A stretch of DNA of 64,000 nt from Antechinus flavipes (lineage: Eukaryota): assembly GCF_016432865.1 (NCBI RefSeq), contig NC_067400.1, positions 54,374,001 to 54,438,000 of the forward strand, written 5' to 3'. Shown here in pieces: positions 25,025 through 37,175 of this stretch (its first letter is position 1; the number at the start of each line of letters is the position of its first letter). The position numbers were made by a program, and so were the translations under genes. The notes below the pieces were generated by a model. It was not told where the DNA came from. It did no database searches and saw only the letters and a list, made by a program, of their open reading frames with translations.

Positions 25025-25180
25025 AAGATAGAATCATGAGCTCTTAGTGATATAGACATGGAGTTAGAAAAAACTTTTAAAAACATCTCATCCAACTCTT
25101 ATTTTACAGATAAGAAAACTGAGTCCTGGGAGGTTGTGCTTTGTCTAAGATTATAAAGGCAATGAGAATCAGAGGCAGGA
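25025..25180 (-). mobile_element. MIR3 relic upstream of the promoter (one per spacer)
   Basis: agatagaatcat..catctcatccaactcttattttacagataagaaaactgag. Confidence 0.7.
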
Positions 25181-25487
25181 AATAATAAAGACAATACATG
25201 GACCCAACTTTCTTGACAATATTTCTAACATTCTTCCCAGCCTGCCAAATGGTGAAAGTAATGATCTTCACAATAGTATCCCCTCTCATGAATATTACCT
25301 CATGAAATTATTTGTTTTAGGATTTCCTTGAAAGAGAGTGAAATTCAAGAAATCCTAAAACAATTAATTTCATGAGGCAGAGGAGGCTCAAAGAGGAAGT
25401 AAATAAACAAGTAGAGCTCATGTGATTATCTGAACTGGGATAAACAACAAAAAACATCATGGGTCCTGGACCAGCTCTTGAGCAATG

Positions 25488-25495
25488 TATATAAG
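25488..25495 (+). promoter_or_regulatory. TATA box of copy 3
   Basis: TATATAAG 99 bp before the ATG. Confidence 0.85.
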
Positions 25496-25586
25496 GGCTG
25501 TCCTGTAGAAGGAGAGCTTCAAACTTCACTCACCTCTCCTGAGTCCTTTCTCTCCTCACCTCATTTGAACTCTCTGTTCTGACACT

Positions 25587-25964
25587 ATGGGTTGTTGTGG
25601 ATGTAGAGGAAGCTGTACCACCTGCAACAGCTGTGGTGGCTGTGGCTGTGGTGGCTGTGGCGGCTGCGGGGGCTGCGGCTGTGGTGGCTGCGGCGGCTGC
25701 GGAGGCTGTGGCAACTGTTGCTGTACCACCTGTAGCTGCCGCCGTGTAGGCTGCTGCTCTGGCTGCTGCCCCTGCTGCTGTGGCTGCTGTGGGGGCTGCT
25801 GCAGCCCTACAGTGGTCTGCTGCCGCCGCACCTGCTGCTGTGGTGGCTGTGGTGGCTGTGGCTGTGGCTGTGGCAAGGGCTGTGGCTGTGGCTGTTGCAA
25901 GGGCTGCTGCCAACAGAAATGCTGCTGCCAGCAGTGCTGCTGTAAGAAGCAATGCTGCTGCTAG
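25587..25964 (+). CDS. SCYGR: SCYGR/KRTAP28-like protein, copy 3 (125 aa)
   Basis: Intact ORF; TATATAAG at 25488; AATAAA at 26617. Confidence 0.92.
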   Translation: MGCCGCRGSCTTCNSCGGCGCGGCGGCGGCGCGGCGGCGGCGNCCCTTCSCRRVGCCSGCCPCCCGCCGGCCSPTVVCCRRTCCCGGCGGCGCGCGKGCGCGCCKGCCQQKCCCQQCCCKKQCCC

Positions 25965-27884
25965 GTGGGAAAACTTTCCACCAATCGGTAAGATTTCACA
26001 GGGGTTTAGCAATAGAGCATTGGCCTGAGACTTAAGGAGATGAGGTCCTAAACCTCACTCTGCCAGTGACTTAACTTAAGACCTCATGCATGTCACTTAC
26101 ACAGACTCAGAGAAAAACCAATCCTCAGAGGGAAGAGGAACATGAGAGGGCAATGTGATTCTAATTTACCTCATTTCCCAAAATAAGAAGCTTAAATAAG
26201 ATGGACCCTGAGATTATTGCCAGCTCTGAGGTCTGACTGCTATTATTCACCCCTGCTCTTTTCTGGCCTGAATAGAATTGAGGCATCCATGAACATATAT
26301 GATCCTTTGAGTTATTTGCACTTAATGCCCCTTCTCAAAGGCACTGTTGCAACTGAGATCTGTCTCCCTATGAGGCTTGTCTCTCAATACAATTGGTCTC
26401 GGACAGTGAGAAAAGGACACAGCCCAGCTACTGGAGAATAGTCAAGCCTATGAGCCAAGCAAAGTGGAATCATGATTTTTAAAAATATTTTCTTTCTCGT
26501 TGAGTTTCATCTTCTTCTATCTTTCTACCTTTTATCTTATTCTTTCTATATGTACTCTGTATTATTTTAGTACTCTACTGCTCTGGAGTCTTTCTAAATC
26601 TTTACTATTTATTCTCAATAAAATCTAAAAAACAACCATAAAATTGCTCATGATCTTTTTTTTGTTTGAATGTATGGAAAACTCTAGTCTAAGAGAAGCA
26701 CAATTATATCCTCTTGAGGACTGGATTTTCTCACAAAAGTGGAGCTCTTATCATATTGCTACTAAAGGTAAAGGGTTCGATAGATGAGAAGCACTCAGTT
26801 CAGAGATAACACAAATTTCTGTGCCACTGGTACGCATCTTACCTTGGGAATCCTCAAGGAAATGATTCCTGGTCACACACCAATATTGAGAAATATTTTC
26901 CCTCCATCACATGTTTATGGAACATTTCTGATGAATAAAGACAACATAGGCTTATCCCTGGGAATGGATATACCTTTAAAGAATGATCTTTGAATCAAGA
27001 CCATCTCAACACCTGTACAACCTCAAATGTGGTGTCCTCCCAGTCTGACAAGCTTCCATGATAGGAATAATTACAGGGGCACTACAAAGCTAACAAACAC
27101 CCAGGTTTCCCCATTCTAGTCATAGGTCTCCTTGGAGTGGAGCACCCTAACATATCTGAGGAGCCCTCTAATTAATTTGAAAAGATGCATGCCTTTAGTG
27201 GAGCCACTACCACATTGTTCCTTTGCTCTTTTGTTCCTCTTGCTCCATGACAATCATAGGGATATTGCTTCTGGCTGTGCCAAACGGAGCCTTCAAGACA
27301 AGATCAGTATGTGAAGACTGGAAGTGCTGCCAGTCTAGAGCTTCTGAAAGGAAAAGTCCTCCCTGGGGTGGCTGCCCTGTGCAATATCTAATGGAAGAAG
27401 CTGTCTTTTCTGTTGGTTCAAGTCCTTAAGATGCAAGACCTTATTTTACCTTCCTTATTGTCCCTGAACACATTGTTGTGATTTGTAGCATATGTGTGTG
27501 TGTGTGTGTGTGTGTGCATTTTGCCTTAAGAAACAAAGTTGACAATCCAGAAAAATCTATTGACTATGTTCCATTTTTTAAAAAATTCAACATTGTTAGT
27601 GTATTAGTAACTCTGTTTGGTCACTACAGCAGGAAAACAAGATATAATCCTGATTGTCTTTTTTCCCACTTGTGTGATTTGTATAAACATCTATGTTATA
27701 TGTATTATTAAAATGTTAAAATAAAGGACTTGTTATCCATATTTTCTTTCTCTTTTGAATTCTACAATCTAGATTTGTTAGGATTCTAGCAGCTATTTTT
27801 ATCACTACCTACAGTGTAGAAACAAGATAATTGCTATTTGAGAAGGGAAGATTAATAATTTTCTATCAAGTAAATACTCATGTG

Positions 27885-28246
27885 AGAGATAAAGAGAGAG
27901 AGGGGGGAGGAAACAAAAAATATAAGGGAAAGGAAGGAAGAATAGAGAAAATAAGGGGGAGGGAAGAATGGGGGGAAGAGCTAGAAGGAGCAAGGAAGTG
28001 GAGAAGGGTAGAGGAAGAGGAAGAGAGAGGAGGAAAAAGGGACAGAGAGAAAAGAAGAAAGAGGACAGGAAGTAGAAAAAGGAGAAGAAGGAGAAGGAGA
28101 AGGAGAAGGAGAAGAAGGAGGAGGAGAAGAAGGAGAAGGAGAAAGGGAGAAGGAGCAGGAGAAGGGGAGGATGAGGGGGAGAAGGAGGAGAAGAAGAAGT
28201 AGAAGAAAGAGGAGGAGGTGGAGGACTAATGGAAGGAGGAGAAGCA
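27885..28246. repeat. Polypurine (GA/GAA/GGA) low-complexity tract
   Basis: Near-pure A/G on the plus strand. Confidence 0.95.
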
Positions 28247-28254
28247 TAAAAGCT

Positions 28255-28870
28255 TCAAACTATAGATCAGTGGATTTGGCCTGGTAATGTAGAAATGACA
28301 GAAGTATCTACCACTAACAATAGGACAATTGGATGGATTAAAAACTGAGCAGTTTCAAAGAGTAATTTAAACTTTCAAGAAGGTCTCCAAGGGCTTGCTC
28401 TGGGCTTTGCTATTTAACATTTTCAATAATGACCTTGAAAAGAGTGTGGATGACATCCCTAGAAAATCCACAGGGGACAAAAGAGTAGGAGTGATGATTA
28501 ATTCCATCAAATGATGTCAGGTTTCAAAAATATTTTGAGAGACTAAAACTATGGGCTGACTCTAACAAAATGAAATTTGATAAGGAGAAATGTATATGTG
28601 CACATTTAGATTCAAAAATTCAATTGCACACATTCAAGATGAGGGAGGAACAGTACAAATGTAGTTTGCATGAAAAAGATCTATGGATTTTGCAGACCAC
28701 AAGTTCAGTATGAATCAACAGTGTACCATGACAGCCAAAAGAACGAGGTACTGTGACCTGAAGCTTCATGGAAAGACATGACTTTTAGGAATTAGGAAGT
28801 CATTATTTCTACCTGAGCTTCCTCTACTAATACTTGGAACTCTATGGTCAGTTTTTTCTTCACCTTGTAG
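28255..28870 (+). mobile_element. L3/CR1 RT relic (homologues about 34680, 35910, 43270, 51710, 63715; truncated versions at 19460, 21340, 56950)
   Basis: Decayed QGSALG..FNIFNND, W..SNKMKFDK, EKDL..DHKLSMNQQC and LEHYGQF, versus CR1 PQGSVLG..FNIFINDL, WAExNKMKFN, EKDLGV..DHKLNMSQQC and LEYCVQFW. Confidence 0.8.
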
Positions 28871-28874
28871 GAAG

Positions 28875-29300
28875 AATATTTATACTGTGCATACTATCTA
28901 AGCCAACAATAGCACTAAAGGGTCTAACTTCCAAAAAGTTGTTTTTTAATATAGAAGAGAAAATCCATATGTCAAAAATGTTTAAGACATCTCTTTTTGG
29001 AATGGCAAAAAATTGGAAATTAAGGGGATGGTCATCAACTGGGCAATGGCTGAACAAGCTGGAATATATGATTATGTTGGAATACTATTGCACTCTAAGA
29101 AATGACAAGTAGCATCCTTTCAGAAGAACCGGAAAGAGTTAGGTGGATTGATGTATAATGGAGTAAGCAGCAGAACCAGGAGAAGATTGTACAAAGTAAC
29201 AGCAATATTGCCTGATGATCATTTCATCATCAACTTTGAATGACTTGGCTATAGTCAACAATAAAACAATATAAGATAATTTCAAATGATTTATGATTGA
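28875..29300 (+). mobile_element. Old L1 3' relic nested in L3 (one per spacer; host of the younger L1 insertion)
   Basis: ORF 28834..29112 carries LFGMAKNWKLRGW..GQWLNKL..EYYCTLRND. Confidence 0.8.
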
Positions 29301-31811
29301 GAGAAATGATTATTTCTCTCATTTATTATTTATCCATTTATTATTGGAGAAATTCAGCATTTTCCCTTCCTATTTCCTTCTTCTTTAACATTCTCTTCAA
29401 TCTTAGACCCCACTCAGCTGGGAAAACTAGCTTGGATCTTAGGGTTTCTTAAAGCTTTTTCTGCTTTCTACCCCTTCTCGCCTGAGAAATTTTTGTGTTC
29501 CTCCATGTATATTGGTATATAAAATAGGCATACAAATCAAACATTTCCCAAAAATAAGTCATAATTCAGGCCAATTGTGTTTTAGTCAGACATGTATGAA
29601 TGGATTTCCGCCCTTTCTTTTAAAATTACCTTACATTATGGTGGTCAGGAAAGAGGTTAAGTTCCTTCATCCAAGACTGAATGATCAATCATTTGCCCAG
29701 ACCCTCATTAGAATAAGCCCACTTCTTACTAGAATATGTATTCTTTCATGACTTGTTGACAAATCAGAGTTAATTTTTATTCTCAGAAACACTCACTCTT
29801 CCATAGACATCTAGCATTGAGTGGGTTCCATCAAGGTTTTTTGACATTCCAGAGTGCCACTGACCTTTTTTATTAATTATCCTCTGGTAATAATTAATGA
29901 ATAAATTAATAACCTAAAAACGATGCCTCTCAAATTTCTTATATGTCACATAATGAATAATTCTATCCACTTCCAGAGAAAGAAGTGATGTTGTATTTTT
30001 AAGGTTATAAAAGTTTAACCTTAGTTTATAAGTTTATAAAAAGTTAAAAAGTTTATAAAAGAAGATAACCAGAAGATAGAAAAGCCTTTAATTCATATCA
30101 AATGAAGGTCATTTAAAGGAATTATATGATATTCAACTTCAAGAAAAGAAATTCAAGGAAGTTAAGGTCAATGTCATGTGAAATAGGAAATGGACTTTTA
30201 CTGCTCAGCCCAAAGGGCTTAACTGGAAATGATGGATGAAAGTTTCAAAGAAGCCAATCAGAATTCATATAACAGAAAATGTCCCAGTAATTAGAGCTAT
30301 CCTGAAAAAGAACGGATAGTGAGTTCCCTCTTTTTGGAGATCTTCAAGCAAGCCCTGGATGGTCATTTCTCAAGTGCCCATAGTGAGGATGCTTTTTCTG
30401 GTATGATTGGTGGAGCAAGATGCCAAGATCACTTCTGATCTCTCAAATTCTGGGATTCTGTGATCTCTCTAAAAACAGTTGCTCTCTCTAAAAACAGTTC
30501 ATATCTTTCATATCCTAAACAATAACTATAATACTATTTCTTATCTCTGCTACCTACTCTTTGCCTTTTCATTACAAAGCTTCACTAAAGAAGTGGTCTC
30601 GTTCCTTAGGCCCCTAAGATCTGACTTCCATTCCTACAACTCATCTGAAACAACTGTCTCTAGGGGCATCAGGATCTAAAAGTCAACTCCATTGATTCAT
30701 TCTCAGTCCTCACTAAAGACTTCCTTCAATCTCTGAAACTCTTGCTCACCCTTCTCTTCTTGATGCCCATTTCTCCTCTGGTTTTCATTTCTCCCCCACA
30801 TCCTTTTCCCTTCCCTCCACAATCCTCACTGTCATATCTCAAGCTTTCATCACCTCATACCTGGATTATTGCAATAGCCTTCTATTTGGCCTTCCTGCTT
30901 CAAGCCTCTTTCTACTCCAATCCAGCTTCCCAACAGCCACCAATTTCAAGTCTGACCTTATCATCCCAACTCAATGTCATCCACAGTTTCCCTATTCCCC
31001 TTAGTATTTTTGATAGGCGAGCGCACAGATTTGACCCAAATATTTAGAATCCAATATAAACTCCTATGCTTAACATTTAACATCTATACAACCTGACCTT
31101 CTCTTACTTATCTACTCTTACAAATTTCTCTCTTTCTCATACTGTAAAATCCTTTCTCTATGAGATAAGTAGCATAGATGGAATTTCTCCACTCACTCCC
31201 AAGTTTAGAAGTAAAGAATGGGAAGGTAAATTTCTGGCCTGAAGAATGGGAAAGTAAAAGAAATTAAGTTTCTGGACCATGGTAGGGGAACCAGTAAAAA
31301 GGGTAGGGCTAAGATAGAATCATGGGCTCTTAGGGATGTAGACATGGAGTCCAAAGGAGCCTCTAAAAATATCTCACACAACTCTTATTTTATGGATAAG
31401 AAAATTGAGTCCTAGGGAAGTTATGATTTGCCTAAGATTATAAAGACAATGAGAATCAGAAGCAGGATGTTTAAAGACAATATATGGACTCAAGTTTCTT
31501 GACACCATATGCAACATTCTTCCCAGTATGACAAATGTGAAAGTAATGATCTTCACTATAGTATCCCCTATCATGAGTATTATCCAGTGTTCAGGTTCCC
31601 TGCCTAGGACTAAATATTTCAGCTTTTTAAACTTCCCATTAGAATATGGCTTTGAAACAGAATGAAATTCAATAAATCCTAAAACAAATAATTTAATGAG
31701 GCAGAGGAGGTGCAAAGAGGAAGTAAATAAAAAAGAAGAGCTCATGTGATTATCAGAACTGTGATAAACAACAAAAAACATCATGGGTCCTGATCCAGCT
31801 GTTGAGCAGTG

Positions 31812-31819
31812 TATATAAG
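31812..31819 (+). promoter_or_regulatory. TATA box of copy 4
   Basis: TATATAAG 99 bp before the ATG. Confidence 0.85.
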
Positions 31820-31910
31820 GGCTGTCCTGTAGAAGGAGAGCATCAAACTTCATTCATCTCTCCTGAGTCCTTTCTCTCCTCACCTCATTTGAACTCTCTT
31901 TTCTGACACT

Positions 31911-32303
31911 ATGGGTTGTTGTGGCTGTAGAGGAAGCTGTACCACCTGCAACAGCTGTGGTGGCTGTGGCTGTGGTGGCTGCGGTGGCTGTGGCTGCGGT
32001 GGCTGCGGCTGTGGAGGCTGCGGTGGCTGTGGCTGCAGTGGCTGCGGCTGTGGAGGCTGCGGCGGCTGTGGCAATTGCTGTACCACCTGTACCTGCCGCC
32101 GTGTAGGCTGCTGCTCTGGCTGCTGCCCCTGCTGCTGTGGCTGCTGTGGGGGCTGCTGCAGCCCTACAGTGGTCTGCTGCCGCCGCACCTGCTGCTGTGG
32201 TGGCTGTGGTGGCTGTGGCTGTGGCTGTGGTTGTGGCAAGGGCTGCTGCCAACAGAAATGCTGCTGCCAGCAGTGCTGCTGTAAGAAGCAATGCTGCTGC
32301 TAG
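31911..32303 (+). CDS. SCYGR: SCYGR/KRTAP28-like protein, copy 4 (130 aa; longer first G/C block, lacks one KGCGCC repeat)
   Basis: Intact ORF; TATATAAG at 31812; AATAAA at 32956. Confidence 0.92.
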   Translation: MGCCGCRGSCTTCNSCGGCGCGGCGGCGCGGCGCGGCGGCGCSGCGCGGCGGCGNCCTTCTCRRVGCCSGCCPCCCGCCGGCCSPTVVCCRRTCCCGGCGGCGCGCGCGKGCCQQKCCCQQCCCKKQCCC

Positions 32304-34165
32304 GTGGGAAAACTCTCCACCAATCGGTAAGATTTCACAGGGGTTTAGCAATAGAGCATTGGCCTGAGACTTAAGGAGATGAGGTCCTAAACCTCACTCT
32401 GCCAGTGACTTAACTTAAGACCCCATGCATGTCACTTACACAGACTCAGAGAAAAATCAGTGCTCAGAGAAAAAAGGAACATGAGAGGGCAATGTGATTC
32501 TAATTTACCTTATTTCCCAAAATAAGAAGCTTAAATAAGATGGACTATGAGGTTATTGTCAGCTCTGAGGTCTGACTGCTGTTACTCATCCCTGCTCTTT
32601 TCTGGCCTGAATAGAATTGATGCATCCATGAACATATGTGATCCTTTGAGTTATTTGTACTTAATGCTCCTTCTCAAAGGCACTGTTGCAACTGAGATCT
32701 GTCTCCCTATGAGGCTTGTCTCTCAATACAATTGGTCTCAGATAGTGAGAAAAGGACACAGCCCAGCTACTGGAGAATAGTCAAGCCTATGAGCCAAGCA
32801 AAGTGAAATCATGATTTTAAAAAATATTTTCTTTCTCATTGAATCTCATCCTCTTCTGTCTTTCTACTTTTAATTTTGTTCTTTCTATTTGTACTATATA
32901 TTATTTTACTACTCTGCTGCTTTGGAGTCTTTCTAAATCTTTACTAGTTTTTCTTAATAAAATCCAAAAAACAACCATAAAATCGCTCATGATCTTTTTT
33001 GTTTGAATATATGAACAACTCTAATAGACGCACAATTATATCCTCTTGAGGACTGGATTTTCCCATAAAAGTGGGGCTCTTATCATGTTGCTACTAAGGG
33101 TTAAGGGTTCAATAGATGAGAAGCATTCAGTTCAGAGATAATGCAAATTTCCATGCCACTGGTACACATCTTACCTTGGGAATCCTCAAGGAAATGATCC
33201 CTGCTCACACACCAATGTTGAGAAATGTTTTCCCTCCATTACATAATTTACTGAACATTTCTGATGAATTGAAACAACGTAGCTTTATCCCTGGAAATAG
33301 GGGTGCTTTTAAAGGATGATCTTTGATTCAAGACCATCTCCATACCTGTGCAACCCCAAATATGGTGTCCTCCCTGTGCCCAGTCTGACACGCTTCCATG
33401 ACAGGAATAATTACAGAAGCACTACAAGGCTAACACAGACCCAGGTTTCCTTCCGGTCATAGTTCTCCTTGGAGTTTGAAAAGAAGCATACCTTAAGTAG
33501 GAGTCACTACCACATTGTCCTTTGCTCTTTTGTTCCTCATGCTCCATCACCATCATGCGGATATTGCTACTGACTGTGCCAAAAGGAACCCTCAAGGCAA
33601 GGTCAGCATGTGAGCACCGCAACTACTGCTAGTCTAGAGCTTCCTAAAGGAAAAGTCCTCCCTGGTGTGGCTGTCCTGAGCTATTGCTAATGGATGAAGA
33701 TTTCTTGTCTGTTGGTTCAAGTCCTTAAGATGACAAGACCTTATTTTACCTTCTTTAGTGTACTTGAAAACATTGTTGTAATTTGTAGCATATGTGTGCA
33801 TGTATTTTGCCTTAAGAAACAAAATTGACAATCCAGAAAAAATTATTGACTATGTTCTATTTTTCTTTTGAATTCAATTTTGTTAGTGTATTAGTAACTC
33901 ATTTTGTCAGTACAGTATGAAAATAAGATATAATCCTAGTGGGAATTTTTCTCTCACTGGTGTGATTTGCATAAATATCTATGTTATATGTATTTTTTAA
34001 ATATTAAAGTAAAAGGAGTTGTTATCCATATTTTCTTTCTCTTTGGAATTGTATAATCTAGCTTATTGTAGCAGCTATTTTTATCACTACCTACACTGCA
34101 GAAACAAGATGATTGCTATTTCAGAAGGGAAGATTAATAATATTCTATTAAGTAGATACTCGTGT

Positions 34166-34669
34166 GAGAGAGATAAAGAGAGAGAGAGAGAGGAGGGACG
34201 AAGAGAAAAATATAAGGGGAAGGAAGGAGGAATAAAGAAAGATAAGGGGAAGGAAAAATAGGGGGAAGAGCTAGAAGGAGCAAGGGAGAGGTGAAGGGGA
34301 GAGGAAGAGGAAGAGAGAGGAGGAAAAAGGAACAGAGAGAAAAGAAGAAAGAGGACAGAAAGTAGAAAAAGAAGGAGGAGGAGGAGGAGGAGGAGAATCA
34401 GAAGAAGAATCAGAAGAAGAATCAAAAGAAGAAGAAGAGGAAGAGGAAGAGGAAGAGGAAGAGGAAGAGGAAGAGGAAAAGGGGGAAGAGGAAGAGAAGG
34501 AGTAAGGGAAGAAGGAGGAGGAGGAGAAGGAAGAGGAGGAGGAGGAGGAGGAGGAGGAAGAAGAGGAAGAGGAAAAGGGGGAAGAGGAAGAGAAGGAGTA
34601 AGGGAAGAAGGAGGAGGAGGAGGAGAAGGAAGAGGAGGAGGAGGAGAAAAGTAAGGGGAGGAGGAGGAG
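34166..34669. repeat. Polypurine tract with an internal direct repeat of about 80 bp
   Basis: (GGA)n, (GAAGAG)n and a duplicated gaagagaaggagtaagggaagaagg block. Confidence 0.95.
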
Positions 34670-35645
34670 CATAAAAGCTGAAATCTATACATCAGTGGAT
34701 TTGGCCTGGTAATGTAGAAATGACAGAAGTATCTAGCACTAAACAATAGGACGATTGGATGGATTAAAAACTGATCAGTTTCAAAGAGTAATTTAAATTT
34801 TCAAGGAGGTCTCCAGGGGAGTGCTCTGAGCTTTGCTATATAATATTTTCAATAATGACCTTGAAAAGAGTGTGGATGACATTCCTAGAAAATTCACAAG
34901 GGACAAAAGAGTAGAAGTGACGGTTAACACCACCAAATGAAGTCAGGTTTCGAAAGAATTTTCAGACACTAAAACTATGAGCTGACTCTAATAAAATGAA
35001 TTTGATAAGGAGAAATGTATATGTGCACATTTAGGTTCAAAAATTCAACTGCACACATTCAAGATGAGGAAGGAACAGTACAAATGTAGTCTGCATGAAA
35101 AAGATCTGTAGATTTTGCTGGACCACAAGCCCAATATGAATCAACAGTGTACCATGACAGCCAAAAGAATGAGCTAGTGTGACCTGAAGCTTCATGGAGA
35201 GACATGACTTTCAGGAATCAGGAAGTTATTATTTCTACCTTAGCTTCCTTTACTCATACTTGGAACACTATGGTCAGTTCTTTCTCTACCATGGAAGAAG
35301 AATATTTATACTGTGTATAACATCTAACCCAACAATAGCACTACAGGGTCTAAATCCCCCCAAAAAACTTTTAAATAGAAGAAAAGACTCCACCTACACA
35401 AAAATATTTATGACATATCTTTTTGTTGTTGTTTTTTTTAATTAAAGTTTTTATTTTTCAAAACATATGCATGGACAATTCTTTAACATTAGCCCTTGCA
35501 AATCCTTGTCTTCCAATTTTCCCTCCTTTCCCCCAGACCCTCCCCTAGATGCCAAGTACTCCAAAATATGTTAAATATGATAGAAATATATGTTAAATCA
35601 AATATATGCATACATATTTATACCATTATTATGCTGCACAAGAAA

Positions 35646-35825
35646 NNNNNNNNNNNNNNNNNNNNNNNNNNNNNNNNNNNNNNNNNNNNNNNNNNNNNNN
35701 NNNNNNNNNNNNNNNNNNNNNNNNNNNNNNNNNNNNNNNNNNNNNNNNNNNNNNNNNNNNNNNNNNNNNNNNNNNNNNNNNNNNNNNNNNNNNNNNNNNN
35801 NNNNNNNNNNNNNNNNNNNNNNNNN
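35646..35825. other. Assembly gap (180 N)
   Basis: Run of N. Confidence 1.
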
Positions 35826-36648
35826 AAGAGAAGGAGTAAGGGAAGAAGGAGGAGGAGGAGAAGGAAGAGGAGGAGGAGGAGAAAAGTAAGGGGAGGAGGA
35901 GGAGCATAAAAGCTGAAATCTATACATCAGTGGATTTGGCCTGGTAATGTAGAAATGACAGAAGTATCTAGCACTAAACAATAGGACGATTGGATGGATT
36001 AAAAACTGATCAGTTTCAAAGAGTAATTTAAATTTTCAAGGAGGTCTCCAGGGGAGTGCTCTGAGCTTTGCTATTTAATATTTTCAATAATGACCTTGAA
36101 AAGAGTGTGGAGAAAATTCACAAGGGACAAAAGAGTAGAAGTGACAGTTAACACCACCAAATGAAGTCAGGTTTCGAAAGAATTTTCAGACACTAAAACT
36201 ATGAGCTGACTCTAACAAAATGAATTTGATAAGGAGAAATGTATGTGTGCACATTTAGGTTCAAAAATTCAACTGCACACATTCAAGATGAGGAAGGAAC
36301 AGTACAAATGTAGTCTGCATGAAAAAGATCTGTAGATTTTGCTGGACCACAAGCCCAATATGAATCAACAGTGTACCATGACAGCCAAAAGAATGAGCTA
36401 GTGTGACCTGAAGCTTCATGGTGAGACATGACTTTCAGGAATCAGGAAGTTATTATTTCTACCTTAGCTTCTTCTGCTCACACTTGGAACACTATGCTCA
36501 GTTCTTTCTTCACCATCTAGGAAGAATATTTATACTGTGCATAGTATCTAAGCCAACAATAGCACTACAGGGTCTAAATCCCCCCAAAAAACTTTTAAAT
36601 AGAATAAAAGACTCCACCTACACAAAAATATTTATGACATATCTTTTT

Positions 36649-37175
36649 GTTGTTGTTTTTTTTAATTAAAGTTTTTATTTTTCAAAACATATGCATGGAC
36701 AATTCTTTAACATTAGCCCTTGCAAATCCTTGTCTTCCAATTTTTCCTCCTTTCCCCCAGGCCCTCCCCTAGATGCCAAGTACTCCAAAATATGTTAAAT
36801 ATGATAGAAATATATGTTAAATCAAATGTATGCATACATATTTATACCATTATTATGCTGCACAAGAAAAANNNNNNNNNNNNNNNNNNNNNNNNNNNNN
36901 NNNNNNNNNNNNNNNNNNNNNNNNNNNNNNNNNNNNNNNNNNNNNNNNNNNNNNNNNNNNNNNNNNNNNNNNNNNNNNNNNNNNNNNNNNNNNNNNNNNN
37001 NNNNNNNNNNNNNNNNNNNNNNNNNNNNNNNNNNNNNNNNNNNNNNAAGAATGAAAATGCTACGTTGTTAACCACATTCAGTTCCCACAGTCCTCTCTCT
37101 GGGTGCAGATGGTTCTCTTCATCACTGAACAATTGAAACTGATTTAAATCATCTCATTATTGAAGAGAACCACAT
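36649..37175 (-). mobile_element. Same L1 insertion, spacer 4-5
   Basis: TSD copies at 36634-36648 and 37176-37190. Confidence 0.85.
36872..37046. other. Assembly gap (175 N)
   Basis: Run of N. Confidence 1.

Noticed and set aside
27805-28247. Long Arg/Glu, Ser/Pro and Leu-rich ORFs at 27.8-28.2, 34.1-34.7, 42.7-43.3, 51.3-51.7 and 63.4-63.7 kb
   Set aside because: These are translations of polypurine microsatellites and are not conserved between units.
33965-33972. Octamer ATTTGCAT in some spacers (also 42529, 63222) and at 3663
   Set aside because: It is mutated or deleted in other units, far from any start site, and expected by chance in AT-rich DNA.
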